Source: Acidobacteriota bacterium
Lineage (GTDB): Bacteria; Acidobacteriota; UBA6911; JACQSX01
DNA: 64,000 nt
Reading direction: 5' to 3'
NCBI GenBank assembly: GCA_036507075.1
Contig: DASXQR010000167.1
Coordinates: 13,516 to 77,515 of the forward strand
The translations under genes and the position numbers were made by a program. Positions within the stretch are counted from its first letter, which is position 1; each line of letters opens with the position of its first letter. Positions 40,801 through 51,565 of this stretch are shown one piece after another. The notes under the pieces are model-generated. The model was given only the letters and a program-made list of their open reading frames with translations, had not been told where the DNA came from and did not search any database.

Positions 40801-42867
40801 TTTTCGTTGGGAGTTGTCGTAACCGAATTGAATCGCCTTCCCCGCTTCATCTGTGAATTTTACGAATCGAAGCTCATTGTTGAAGAAATGGGTACGGCTG
40901 TTTCCAAGCGCATCTGTGATGGCGGTGTTATCCGCGTTGTACGTGAATCTGGTGCCGGCGCCCAGACCATCGGCCTGCGTGAGAACCTTCGCCGAACCGG
41001 TGTTATATGTGTTTCGGACCGGAGTATTGCCGGCTGGCTTGCGGATCGATTCGATCAGCGAATTTGCGTTGGTTCCATATGTCGTCGTCTTGGCCCTTGC
41101 GTCGGTGTAGGTCGCCAGTTGCGCGCCCGAGTAAGTGAACTGAATCGATCGACCAGTTTGATCAGCTATCTTGGAGATGCGCAGTTTTCCGCCGCTGCTT
41201 GTGTACGTGAAATCAAGGCTGCGACCCAGTCCGTCCGCAACCTTCGCCAAGGTGCCGTCACTGTTGTAACTCAACGTATGCGTGTTGCTGTTCCGGTCGG
41301 AAATGGCTTCCACGCCTCGAACCCCACCCTCGGCCATTCCCGAAGTGTCGAAGCTGAAAATGACGTGGCTGTCTGGATCCATCATTTTCAGTTTCGTTCC
41401 GCTTTCGACGAGCTGATACGGAGTACCTTTATAAGCCACGCCAGGCTGCGCCATGGTCCAGGCGCTGGCGCTCTTCTTGAAGAAGATCGTCTTCCCCTCG
41501 TAATAATGGACCGTGACATTGTTCGCGTCGATTCTGCGGAGAAGGATAAGGAAATTATGGACCCAGTTTCCGCCCATGGGACTGTCGGCGGCCGCATAGA
41601 AACTGCTGGATTCTGCTGATGCGCCAAGCAGGCCGCCGTAATAGCGCGTAAACACGAGCGGCATTGGGCCGCCCAACCCCAGATCCAGCTCGCTGTGGAC
41701 AAATTCTCCAGTCGACGTGACGACCGGCTCACCATCGAACGGCTTGCCATTACCATCTCCGCCTATTCCGAGGGAGTAAACGGTTCCAGCAGTCGGCGTA
41801 ACGGTAGGCGGCGGAGCGATAGACTCAGCTATCGGTGCGCCAGCCACCTCCTTGGCCGATTTTGCGCTTCCGCCGCTGCCGGTGCAGCTAATGCAAGGCT
41901 GCTCGACCAGCGTGGGAACGCCATCCTCTTCGCTCGCCAGTACCAGTATCTTCCCAGTCCCGAGAAGGTAAACAACCTTGCCCAGTTGCTCCAACCCACC
42001 CGTCGATGGTACGTCGCCCAGCGGCACAACCCCCAAATCGGCATATTCGATCGGCGGACTTGGATGTTTAGCGGCTGGCACTGTGATTCTGACCAGCCTT
42101 ACGTTTTGGCTATCAATTCTGACAGTCCCCAGCAAGCCATCGGAAGGTCCAAACGCAATTTGAATCAGGTTTTGAACTGTTCCAAGGTTCTGCGAGGGAG
42201 ATCCCACCGGAATGCGATAGATAGTCGAGGCCCCGCTTCCGGAAATTGGCCTGAAGCTCCCGTACAACTGGTCCTTGCTGTTTACCGCAAAGGTGATCTC
42301 AAAAAAACCGCTGGCGGTCGGGTTTGACTCACCCACGAAAGACTGCAGCGGGCGGCCCGTGGTCATATCAATAATCTGGCGATCAGATCTCAGCATCACG
42401 GCGGAGTTATTCCCGGCACCGCTGTAACAAAGATACAGATTGCCTGTTGGTCCTGCGGTCATCTCGCTGAGAGACCATGAGGCGGTTGGAAGAGGCACCC
42501 GCGCCACAATCTCGGATGACCCGGCAGAGTTCACGCGCGCTATGAAACTGGTTTTTGCGTCGGCAGAATTTGGGTCTGGAACAGTGAGGCGGTATGCGTA
42601 GTAAACAGTCAGATTATTGTCGACTACAACCGCATTGATCCTCCCCACATCGGGTCTGGAGAGAAAAGTTTCCGCGATTCCGCTTGTGCTCCGGAATGGA
42701 AGTCGGGAAATCGAGTTGACGTTGGCAAAGAAGAGATCACCTGGTTGGACGGTGGCGCCCGTTTGTGCCGTGGCAACGGCCGGGAACAACATCAAAACCG
42801 CCAAGGCGCGTGCGAGGTTGGATAATCTTTTTTTGATGAGTGAAAGAGAACAACGCCCGAGTGCCAT
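37864..42867 (-). CDS. signal-peptide Rhs/YD-repeat protein
   Basis: Hydrophobic leader; EPVVTSTGEF...PLVFTRYY (DUF6531-like); many YDxxGRL repeats; core YYMRARYYD...RDP...NPTRNVDPMGL. Confidence 0.92.
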   Translation of the reverse strand: MALGRCSLSLIKKRLSNLARALAVLMLFPAVATAQTGATVQPGDLFFANVNSISRLPFRSTSGIAETFLSRPDVGRINAVVVDNNLTVYYAYRLTVPDPNSADAKTSFIARVNSAGSSEIVARVPLPTASWSLSEMTAGPTGNLYLCYSGAGNNSAVMLRSDRQIIDMTTGRPLQSFVGESNPTASGFFEITFAVNSKDQLYGSFRPISGSGASTIYRIPVGSPSQNLGTVQNLIQIAFGPSDGLLGTVRIDSQNVRLVRITVPAAKHPSPPIEYADLGVVPLGDVPSTGGLEQLGKVVYLLGTGKILVLASEEDGVPTLVEQPCISCTGSGGSAKSAKEVAGAPIAESIAPPPTVTPTAGTVYSLGIGGDGNGKPFDGEPVVTSTGEFVHSELDLGLGGPMPLVFTRYYGGLLGASAESSSFYAAADSPMGGNWVHNFLILLRRIDANNVTVHYYEGKTIFFKKSASAWTMAQPGVAYKGTPYQLVESGTKLKMMDPDSHVIFSFDTSGMAEGGVRGVEAISDRNSNTHTLSYNSDGTLAKVADGLGRSLDFTYTSSGGKLRISKIADQTGRSIQFTYSGAQLATYTDARAKTTTYGTNANSLIESIRKPAGNTPVRNTYNTGSAKVLTQADGLGAGTRFTYNADNTAITDALGNSRTHFFNNELRFVKFTDEAGKAIQFGYDNSQRKTSTTDRFGDSSASTYDAASGKVSSMTDYTGKAWRFSYASQAQDGFTFFELARIDYPDVPSTKISFALTRDEFTYDAKGNLVSRTDRAGKVWTYTHNERGQILTATNPENGVTTYAYNSDATVASVRDPAGNGTSFGYDSLKRRDRITRADGTTVRFAYDANDNLTNSVNEKGKTTAYGYDDNNNLKNVTNRLGKIWTLNYDANENITAVTDPLGKTTTYAYDALRRLKSVVDRNGNQVTYNYDARGRLTSVVDAAGKTWAYTYDDENFLTASTNPLGQVWRYTNDKQGRPTTLSDPLSNQTRFEYNALSRVVSATNPLSETRTYGYETRGLLSQISDPGPITAAYTRDNLGLVRQTTNPRGKVWNRGYDNLGRLISSTDPLGNLSRLTYDPQNRLTRVDLPLGVLNLTRDESGLITAENYSDGTRLDYNYDDNDRLISASGVALSYDDDDRIVVTNGMTLSRDNGGRITTMTLAPGKAVSYAYDARNLLTSVTDWAGGTTRFSYDDARRPVTLSRPNGIVTSYSYDAAGRLTGIVEGRGQTYLSSIALTKDSAGRTRQAVRSVPAAPVVGRENPSRNYNDADQVVGFDYDALGRLTNDGARTYLWDLASRLASYNDGQSTVNLTYDAFGHRLTRAVRTAGNDGTTRSYTWSYALALPSISIVKDDGNTIRYYVHTPGGALLYSIEESGSARRFYHYDEIGSTLFLTDDNGTVTDSYAYSAYGQITASNGSTDNPFAYVGKYGVMREPTDLYYMRARYYDSSTGRFLIRDPRGQDASDPASINRYQYVAQNPTRNVDPMGLDATENDFDASDNREFMRFLIKYIEKQEEERQRKRREREREREEAGRIHRMTDAERNDALIAAGLPPGPTAVTMVADPSFYMKEDIVLLVEDSKPWQALLGQPIEPGDAAYDFIIEADQAGQMLGGESIGRARKLIQIFRSVPLPPEAGDAQYDFVIEADQPGQTLGGEWIGPRMSRRP

Positions 42868-42872
42868 AAAAC

Positions 42873-43133
42873 CTACCCTCCGTTAAACCTCGAACCCAGA
42901 AACACCATAAACCGACGCCAGCGCCCAATCATCGCTCTGATGGATTTGGCAACCGGGAAAGGCCTGACCCGAGCGGATGTGGATCCCTGCTGCGGGCCCG
43001 TGCTGCCACTCGGCACGCGTGTAACTTTGTCGCCATTGGTCCATCCGCCGGCATCGGCGTGAGGCTGAACTGTTTCACTGATGAAGATGGTTCGCCGAGT
43101 TTCTTCGACAATGATGCTTTTTCGAATCCGCAC
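42873..43133 (-). CDS. small leader protein, paralogue of 46570..46812
   Basis: EETRRTIFISETVQ motif; AGGA before GTG; stop 5 nt before the Rhs start. Confidence 0.65.
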   Translation of the reverse strand: MRIRKSIIVEETRRTIFISETVQPHADAGGWTNGDKVTRVPSGSTGPQQGSTSARVRPFPVAKSIRAMIGRWRRFMVFLGSRFNGG

Positions 43134-43165
43134 CTTTACGTCCTATTGGGGCGACAAAAGGCTGT

Positions 43166-43279
43166 CGCCCGCCAAAAAAACGGTGGGCTGGTATTCGTTG
43201 AGATTACGTCTTCCCACGGCTCCGCTGTGCTTCGCCGTGGGCTACATGCTGGCGCCCGCCAAAAAAGCGGCAGGCTCGT
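43166..43279. promoter_or_regulatory. two 27-bp repeated quasi-palindromic sites
   Basis: CGCCCGCCAAAAAArCGGyrGGCTsGT at 43166 and 43253. Confidence 0.45.
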
Positions 43280-43421
43280 GCGCCATACTATTTACCTAAT
43301 CCTCTCCTCATGATCCGGAAAGCTAATTTGGACAGGCGCACCGCTACGCTGGCGCGCCGCGACCTGACAGATCGCGGTACTGGGCGAATCAGCAACGTGT
43401 TTATCTCACCACGCCGGTTTG

Positions 43422-46400
43422 TCACGGCACATTCTCTTCGCTCCTCAATTGCTCCTTAGCCAGCGGCGTCACGGGAACATCATTGAATGTGCCGGGGCTG
43501 AACCGGACTACGGTAACCACCAGCGCCTGGGTCGGAAGCGGCGCTAGTGCCACGATCGTCAAAGTCCCTTCGAAGTTGTCCGGTAGATTCGGAAACAGGT
43601 CAGTCAAGGTTTCGCTGACTTGTTCTCCCGGTTCGAGAATTCTTGCCGTTCTGAAAGATCGGATTAATCTGCCGTTGGAATCGGTAAGAGTAAAGACGGC
43701 GATCACCCTCTGGGTCGACACGTTCACCGCAGCCACTCCTACATTAATTCCTCGTGAGCGATCGCGGCCCACTGGCGCGCGGAAAGCAGCGGCAGGAGCA
43801 GTCGATGGGCCGACCGACAATGGCGCGAAGTCCGCCAGGGAGTAGGTCGCCAGTGCGACCACGGGATCAGATGATGACACGCGAGCGTATGCTGCCGTGG
43901 CTTTACCCTGGCTGCGCGTGCGTATGGTTATTGTTCCCAGGGGCGGCAGCACGAAAGTTTGGGCCGCATTGTCTACAAGTCCTTCCAGGGGGCGGCCATC
44001 AGCACTGAAAAAAGAAACACTCCCGCGAACCGTCGTGGTCGGTGATGGATTGGCTAGAAAGATAGCGGTTGAGAAGCCACCGCCGCCGCCCGCTTGCGCG
44101 AAATAAAAGAAACCGCTGGAGGTAGTCAGCAACGGTACTGCCAGGCTGTGGCTGCCGCCCGCGGCAATCGACGCGATCCCACTGCCGGGTCCAAGATTGC
44201 TGACTCGCACCGGAATAAGTCTCGTCTCCAAAGTGCCATCGCCGACTTGCCCGTTGGCGTTCGAGCCCCAGGCGAGAACCGTGCCATCGGCGCGCAGAGC
44301 CAGGCTGTGAGAGCCGCCTGCGGCGATCGCCACAACTCCACTGCCGGGACCAAGACCCGTGACCTGGTTTGGAGTTGTTCTTGACGTAGTAGTGCCGTCA
44401 CCGAGCTGGCCGGTTGCGTTGTTGCCCCAGGCCAGGACCGTTCCGTCGGATTTGAGTGCGAGGGTATGCAAGCCGCCTGAGCCGCCGGCGACTGCTACTA
44501 CTCCGCTGCCGACACCCAAGCCACTCACCTGAACTGGAGTGTTCCTTTGCGTGGTAGTTCCGTCACCCAGTTGGCCGCTGGCATTGTTGCCCCATGCCAG
44601 GACAGTACCGTCCGCTTTCACGGCCACGCTGTGACTGAAACCCGCGGCGATGGTGACCACTCCGCTACCCGATCCAAGACCCGTGACCTGCACTGGAGCG
44701 TTACGTTGCGTGGTAGTCCCGTCACCGAGTCGACCGTCGGCGTTATTGCCCCAAGCCAGGACAGTACCGTCGGATTTCAAAGCCAACGTGAAGCCATTAC
44801 CAGTGACGATGGCGACGACTCCGCTGCCCGGGCCAAGACCGGTGACCTGAACTGGTGTGGAGCGATTCGTGGTCGTGCCGTCGCCCAATTGGCCGGTCGG
44901 GTTGCCACCCCAACCCAGCACAGCGCCATCGGATCTAATTCCGAAGCCAAAAGCGGCACCTGCAGCAATAGCCACAATTCCGGAGAGAAACCCTGAGGAG
45001 GACGAAGGATCGAGCACCGGAAGTGGAGTGATCCGTGTGTTGGTCGTGCCATCGCCGAGTTGACTGTTAGCATTCGCACCCCACGTGAGCACAGTTCCAT
45101 CAACGCGCAAAGCCAGGCTATATTGCTGGCCTCCGCCAATTGCGATAATCCCACCGATGCCGGCGACCGCAAGCGGCTCGAGTTTTGCATCGATGTTTCC
45201 GTCACCGAGTTGGCCGTTCGCGTTATTTCCCCACGACAAAACAGTCCCATCAGATTTGAGCGCCAGGCTGTGAAAACTCTGGCCAGAAGCAGAGATGGCC
45301 ACCACTCCACGAAGCAACCCCGAAGGTGCGGAAGGATCGATTACATCGACTGGCGTGAGGGCCAGATTAGTGGTGCCATCACCAACCTGACCATTGACGT
45401 TGTTGCCCCACGCGATGACACTTGTATTGTTGGACTTTAGCGCCAAGCTGTGACTCTCGCCTGTCGCCACTGCCACGACTCCACTGGCGGGTCCGAGCCC
45501 GACGACTTGAACCGGCGTGTTCCTCTGGATTGTGGTCCCATCCCCAACTTGGGCCGTCGGGTTGCGGCCCCACCCCAGCAGCGTACCGTTCGACTTTAAT
45601 GCCAGCGTGTGTCCGTTGCCTGCCGAAACAGCAATGACTCCACTGCCAGATCCGAGGCCGGTAACTTGAACCGGAATGTTCCGCTGGGTAGTAGTGCCAT
45701 CACCGAGTTGTCCGTTCGGGTTACGTCCCCACGCCAACGTCGTACCATCAGATTTCGCCGCCAGGCTGTAACCGGTGCCAGCAGTAATAGAAATGACTTC
45801 GGCGCCGGGGCCCAGGCCAGTGACTTGCACCGGGACGGTTCTTTGCGTTGTGGTGCCGTCGCCAAGCTGGCCGTTCGCATTGGAGCCGAAAGCCACGACA
45901 CTCCCATCGCTTTTGCGGACCAGGCTATGGAAATCGCCTGCTGCGATTGCAACTGCGCCGCTGCCGGGCCCAAGCGCGCTGGCTTGGACGGGAACAGTTC
46001 TTTGGATCGTTGTTCCGTCGCCGAGCTGTCCGTTCGCATTGTTGCCCCAACCGACGACGGTGCCATCGGATTTCAGAGCCAGGCTGTGCGTGTTGCCGGC
46101 TGCGATTGACACAACTCCGCTGCCAGGGCCAAGACCGCTAACCTGAACTGCAGTGATTCTGGGTGTGGTGGTGCCGTCACCGAGTTGTCCGCTGGCGTTG
46201 TTGCCCCAAGCCAACACGGCGCCGTTGGCTTTCAACGCGAGGCTGTGACTGCCGCCTGCGGCAATCGCGACGACTCCGCTGCCAGACCCAAGGCCGACCA
46301 CAAGGTGCGGGAAAAAATTGGTTCTCGGGTTCGGATAACCCAGTTGGCCCGCCGAATTGCTGCCCCAGGCAAGAGGAGTCACAGGTGTACCGGCGGCTGC

Positions 46401-46541
46401 CGCGTCATCGAAATAGAGGGCAAGATAAAGGGTGAGCAGCGCGATCGCCGCCAACGCAGCCAGAGCCCTTCGGAATAACAGCTTGATCAACTGCTTCATC
46501 TTTTTTTGCCGTGACGAACCTGAGCGCGGGCGCGATGTCAT
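43422..46541 (-). CDS. exported RCC1/BLIP-II repeat protein with C-terminal FAQAGGGG module
   Basis: AGGAG RBS before ATG 46541; hydrophobic leader; 14 WGxNxxGQ(L/V)G-type repeats. Confidence 0.9.
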   Translation of the reverse strand: MTSRPRSGSSRQKKMKQLIKLLFRRALAALAAIALLTLYLALYFDDAAAAGTPVTPLAWGSNSAGQLGYPNPRTNFFPHLVVGLGSGSGVVAIAAGGSHSLALKANGAVLAWGNNASGQLGDGTTTPRITAVQVSGLGPGSGVVSIAAGNTHSLALKSDGTVVGWGNNANGQLGDGTTIQRTVPVQASALGPGSGAVAIAAGDFHSLVRKSDGSVVAFGSNANGQLGDGTTTQRTVPVQVTGLGPGAEVISITAGTGYSLAAKSDGTTLAWGRNPNGQLGDGTTTQRNIPVQVTGLGSGSGVIAVSAGNGHTLALKSNGTLLGWGRNPTAQVGDGTTIQRNTPVQVVGLGPASGVVAVATGESHSLALKSNNTSVIAWGNNVNGQVGDGTTNLALTPVDVIDPSAPSGLLRGVVAISASGQSFHSLALKSDGTVLSWGNNANGQLGDGNIDAKLEPLAVAGIGGIIAIGGGQQYSLALRVDGTVLTWGANANSQLGDGTTNTRITPLPVLDPSSSSGFLSGIVAIAAGAAFGFGIRSDGAVLGWGGNPTGQLGDGTTTNRSTPVQVTGLGPGSGVVAIVTGNGFTLALKSDGTVLAWGNNADGRLGDGTTTQRNAPVQVTGLGSGSGVVTIAAGFSHSVAVKADGTVLAWGNNASGQLGDGTTTQRNTPVQVSGLGVGSGVVAVAGGSGGLHTLALKSDGTVLAWGNNATGQLGDGTTTSRTTPNQVTGLGPGSGVVAIAAGGSHSLALRADGTVLAWGSNANGQVGDGTLETRLIPVRVSNLGPGSGIASIAAGGSHSLAVPLLTTSSGFFYFAQAGGGGGFSTAIFLANPSPTTTVRGSVSFFSADGRPLEGLVDNAAQTFVLPPLGTITIRTRSQGKATAAYARVSSSDPVVALATYSLADFAPLSVGPSTAPAAAFRAPVGRDRSRGINVGVAAVNVSTQRVIAVFTLTDSNGRLIRSFRTARILEPGEQVSETLTDLFPNLPDNFEGTLTIVALAPLPTQALVVTVVRFSPGTFNDVPVTPLAKEQLRSEENVP

Positions 46542-46569
46542 AGAAATTCTCCTATTGCAGTTCCTGAAG

Positions 46570-46812
46570 CTAACGCACAATGAACCGGCGGCAGCGCTTG
46601 AGAATGGCGTGAATCTTTGCCAATAACTGAAGGCGCTTGTGCCATGCACAGACCGGCGCATTCTTGGGGAATGTGTGATCGCCTGACTGACCGCTCATTC
46701 CCTGCCCGTCCGATTCTTGCGTGCCGTGGACGGCAAGCTGAACGGTTTCACTGGTGAAAACCGTTCGCCGCGTTTCCTCGAAAGTAACGGTTCTTCGCCT
46801 TACCCTGACCAT
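46570..46812 (-). CDS. small leader protein, paralogue of 42873..43133
   Basis: EETRRTVFTSETVQ motif; AAGGAG upstream. Confidence 0.65.
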   Translation of the reverse strand: MVRVRRRTVTFEETRRTVFTSETVQLAVHGTQESDGQGMSGQSGDHTFPKNAPVCAWHKRLQLLAKIHAILKRCRRFIVR

Positions 46813-46887
46813 TTTTTGCAGGCTCCTTGCTGACTTGGCGGCGCTGCCGGCTTGTTTCGGAATCTTGCTAAGTGATATAAAAATGCA

Positions 46888-46931
46888 TCTCGGAAAGTCC
46901 TCAGGAAACCTCTCTGGATTTCTAAGGAATT
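46888..46931. promoter_or_regulatory. phased direct repeats, putative wHTH operator
   Basis: Four GGA-centred units at 10-12 bp spacing in the divergent spacer. Confidence 0.4.
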
Positions 46932-46946
46932 CTGACTTTTTCCTTT

Positions 46947-48932
46947 ATGACCACGGTCCTAGTGCGTTCGTACGAATTTGATCCATTTCGTATCGACCTG
47001 ACGAAACGGGTCCTCCTCAGGGAGGGCTGCCTGGTTGCGCTCCCGCCTAAGGCTTTTGATCTGCTGGAGGTTCTCGTCCAAAACAGCGGCCGGCTGATGA
47101 GCAAGGACGACTTAATGCAAACGGTTTGGCCGGATACTTTCGTTGAGGAAGGGAATCTGACCCATAACATATCGCTGTTGCGAAAGGCTCTGGGTGAAAG
47201 ACCGGGAGATCATCGCTACGTTGTGACTGTGCCGGGGCGTGGATATCGGTTCGTGGCCGACGTTCGACCGGTGCAACAGAATCAAAATGGCGGGCCGCAC
47301 TTTATGGAGGGCCGCACAGAGATCCAGATGATTGAGCAGCATTCCCGCTCTCAGATTATCGTCGAGGAACGTTATCAAAACGGCGAGGAACAGCGGTGGA
47401 GCAACAGCGAGAACAGCAATCAGGCCGTCATAAACCCGCACTGGGATCCTACGGCCGCAACAGCCGTCGGCCAATCTCTTCCAACACGCTCCGGTCCTTC
47501 AATCGAACAAGGAAGACGCCCCGCCGTAATCGCGACAGTGGCGGCGCTGATCTTTTTGAGCATCGCGTCGACAGTTTATTTTGTGTTCTGGAAGCAAAAA
47601 AGTGTATCCACCGGCGCACTCGGGTCTTCCCGAACCTTGGCAATTCTGCCACTGCGAAATCTAAGGCCGGATCCGGAAACAGACTTTCTTGGCTTCTCGC
47701 TCGCCGATTCGATCGCAACGCGGCTGAGCGGCAGCGCGGGTGTTGTTGTCCGTCCGTCGTCCTACATGGATAAGTTTCGAAACCGCACAGTGGACCCGCG
47801 AGATGCTGCCCGAGATTTGAACGTCGACACGGTTTTGACCGGGAGCTTTCTAAAAGATGCGAAGGATCTGCGTGTCACCGTCCAACTGATCGATATGCAG
47901 GGCAGTCGAACGCTCTGGCAGGACACCATCGAGGTCAAATACGAGAACCTTCTCTCGATTCAGGACCGCATAGCGGGCCGTGTGGCAGCCGGTCTGACAG
48001 TCGACGGTAACCTGAAGCCAGCGGCGCAACCGGCGGCCACGCAAGACGCGGAAGCATATGAAGCTTATCTGAAGGGGCGCTATTTCTGGAACCGGCGTAC
48101 GGTTCCGGCGTTCCAGAAGGCAGTCGATTATTTCCAGCAAGCTGTCAAACGTGACCCAAGGTACGCGCGCGCTTACGCGGGCCTCGCCGATTGTTACCTC
48201 CTTCAAGCTGAGCATGAAAAAGCCGCTGCCGCAGCTCGACAGGCGCTACTGATCGATGAAACGCTGGCGGAAGCTCATACCTCGCTGGCCAATCTAAGCC
48301 TCTTTCACGACTGGAACTGGCCCGAGGCCCGCAGAGAATTTCAGCGTGCCATCGCGCTGGATCCCAACTACCCAACCGCGCATCACTGGTATGCATACTA
48401 CTGGGCTGCGATGGGAAACTTGACCGAGGCAATTTCGGAGATGAGACGCGCTCGACAACTGGATCCGCTTTCGCTAATCATTAACACCGATCTGGGCCAA
48501 CTGCTTTTCTTTGCTCGCCGAAATGATGAGGCCATTGAGCAGTTGCGGAGGACACTGGACATGGACTCGTCTTTCGTGATGGCCCATTACAGGCTTGCCG
48601 AAGCGTACGAGCAGACGGGGCGATATCAGGAAGCCGATATGGAGTTGGGCGGTGTGCAGGGTTCCGCCTCATCCTGTCACTTAAGCGCTGTATTGGGCCG
48701 GCGGGAGCAGGCGATCCGGTGCCTGGGGCGACTTCCTGTGAGAACCGCCTACTTTAAAGCTTTGACCTATTCAGCGCTGGGGGAAAAGGACCAGGCATTC
48801 CAATACTTGTACGAAGCTTACCGAGGGCATGAGGGAGACATGGTTTTGCTCAAGGCAGATCCTAACGCGGACAGCTTGCGATCGGATCCCCGCTATATGG
48901 ATCTATTGCTTCGGATGAAGCTCCCCCGTTGA
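46947..48932 (+). CDS. CadC/ToxR-like wHTH regulator with TM, TolB-like and TPR domains
   Basis: LPPKAFDLL...[12 protein letters not shown]...[33 protein letters not shown] and TPR repeats. Confidence 0.92.
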   Translation: MTTVLVRSYEFDPFRIDLTKRVLLREGCLVALPPKAFDLLEVLVQNSGRLMSKDDLMQTVWPDTFVEEGNLTHNISLLRKALGERPGDHRYVVTVPGRGYRFVADVRPVQQNQNGGPHFMEGRTEIQMIEQHSRSQIIVEERYQNGEEQRWSNSENSNQAVINPHWDPTAATAVGQSLPTRSGPSIEQGRRPAVIATVAALIFLSIASTVYFVFWKQKSVSTGALGSSRTLAILPLRNLRPDPETDFLGFSLADSIATRLSGSAGVVVRPSSYMDKFRNRTVDPRDAARDLNVDTVLTGSFLKDAKDLRVTVQLIDMQGSRTLWQDTIEVKYENLLSIQDRIAGRVAAGLTVDGNLKPAAQPAATQDAEAYEAYLKGRYFWNRRTVPAFQKAVDYFQQAVKRDPRYARAYAGLADCYLLQAEHEKAAAAARQALLIDETLAEAHTSLANLSLFHDWNWPEARREFQRAIALDPNYPTAHHWYAYYWAAMGNLTEAISEMRRARQLDPLSLIINTDLGQLLFFARRNDEAIEQLRRTLDMDSSFVMAHYRLAEAYEQTGRYQEADMELGGVQGSASSCHLSAVLGRREQAIRCLGRLPVRTAYFKALTYSALGEKDQAFQYLYEAYRGHEGDMVLLKADPNADSLRSDPRYMDLLLRMKLPR

Positions 48933-49014
48933 CTCTGCTTCCTCCGGTCTGCGATGAAACCCTCTCCGCCGCTGGAACGTACAGTTCCCAGAGACAGGCC
49001 GGCTCTTCCCTCCT

Positions 49015-50227
<1,213 letters not shown>

Positions 50228-50235
<8 letters not shown>

Positions 50236-51529
50236 GCGAATACGGCCGGCCGCTTCGCGAATTATGACGCTCCATCACCTGCGTGAAGCCATGCTGCTCG
50301 CTCAGGATTCGATTCGGCAGCACAAATTTCGATCAATTCTGACACTGCTGGGAATTATCCTCGGAGTGGCCACCGTGATTGGAATGGTCGCGGCCATTGA
50401 AGGGCTGAATCAAAGCGTCACCCAGGTCATCGAGGAGCTCAGCCCCAATATTTTTGTGGTGAGCCGCTTCGCCCCGACCGACATGGGAATCAGTGACATT
50501 CAGGACACTCTGGCGCGCCGGCCGTCCCTGAAGCTGGCCGACGCGCAGGCGATACGCGACTCAGCGCCCAGCGTCAAGCAGGTCAGCCCGTTTCATACCG
50601 TGGATTTCATCGAAGGCCCGGGAGCAACTGTGACCTACCATGGCGAGGACGCCTTCAGCCCGATCGTGCGCGGAGTGGACCCTTTATATATGGAAGCCAG
50701 CGGGCTGTTTGTCACCCGCGGCCGGTTCATCACCGACGTCGATGATTTCCATGCCTCGCCGGTGTGCGTGCTGGGGGCAGACATAGCCGACGGCCTGTTC
50801 CATCAGATCAGCCCGGTGGGCAAGCAGATCCGGATCGACCAGCAGCCCTACACGGTGGTTGGAGTTCTGGAACGCCGCGACACTTTATTTGAGGGGCCGT
50901 CGGAGAACCAGTTGGTGTTAATTCCCTTTGGCACCTATTTAAGATTTTATCGTGGCCCGAATCTGGAGTTTCTCCAGTTCATTTGCAGCGTTCGACGGCC
51001 GGGTGACCTCGACAAGGCAATCGATGAAGTGCGCAGCTTGTTGCGCCACAGGCGGCGTCTGTCGCGCAATGCGCCTGACAGCTTCAGCATTTTCACCCCC
51101 GAGCAGTTCTTCAAGATCTGGAAACAGGTCACCGGGGGGATTTTTCTGCTGATGACCATCATCGCCTCGATCGGTCTTCTCATTGGAGGAATCGGAGTGA
51201 TGAACATCATGCTGGTCTCGGTCACAGAACGCTACCAGGAAATCGGGGTGCGCAAGGCAATGGGGGCCCGCAGACGCGACGTTCTGTGGCAGTTTCTTCT
51301 CGAGGCTGTATTGCTGACGACAATCGGAGGTTTAGGCGGCGTGGCGTTGGGAATTGCGGTGGGGTTGGCGATCCCTCTGGTGTTCCCATCGCTGCACGCG
51401 CATATTCCTTTTTGGGCCGTTTCAGCGGGTCTGGTGGTATCCACTGCCGTCGGGTTGTTCTTCGGAATCTGGCCTGCCGTTCGCGCCAGTCGCCTTGAAC
51501 CGGTCCAGGCCCTCCGCTATGAGCGCTGA
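50228..51529 (+). CDS. MacB/FtsX-type ABC permease
   Basis: Same motif set; overlaps the upstream paralogue. Confidence 0.92.
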
Positions 51530-51565
51530 AAAACGGTTCCTCGGCCCTGACGGGTCGCGGCACTG

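Noticed and set aside
43422..46541. DNA repeats in the RCC1 gene as a mobile or array element
   Set aside because: Fully explained by protein repeats with third-position divergence
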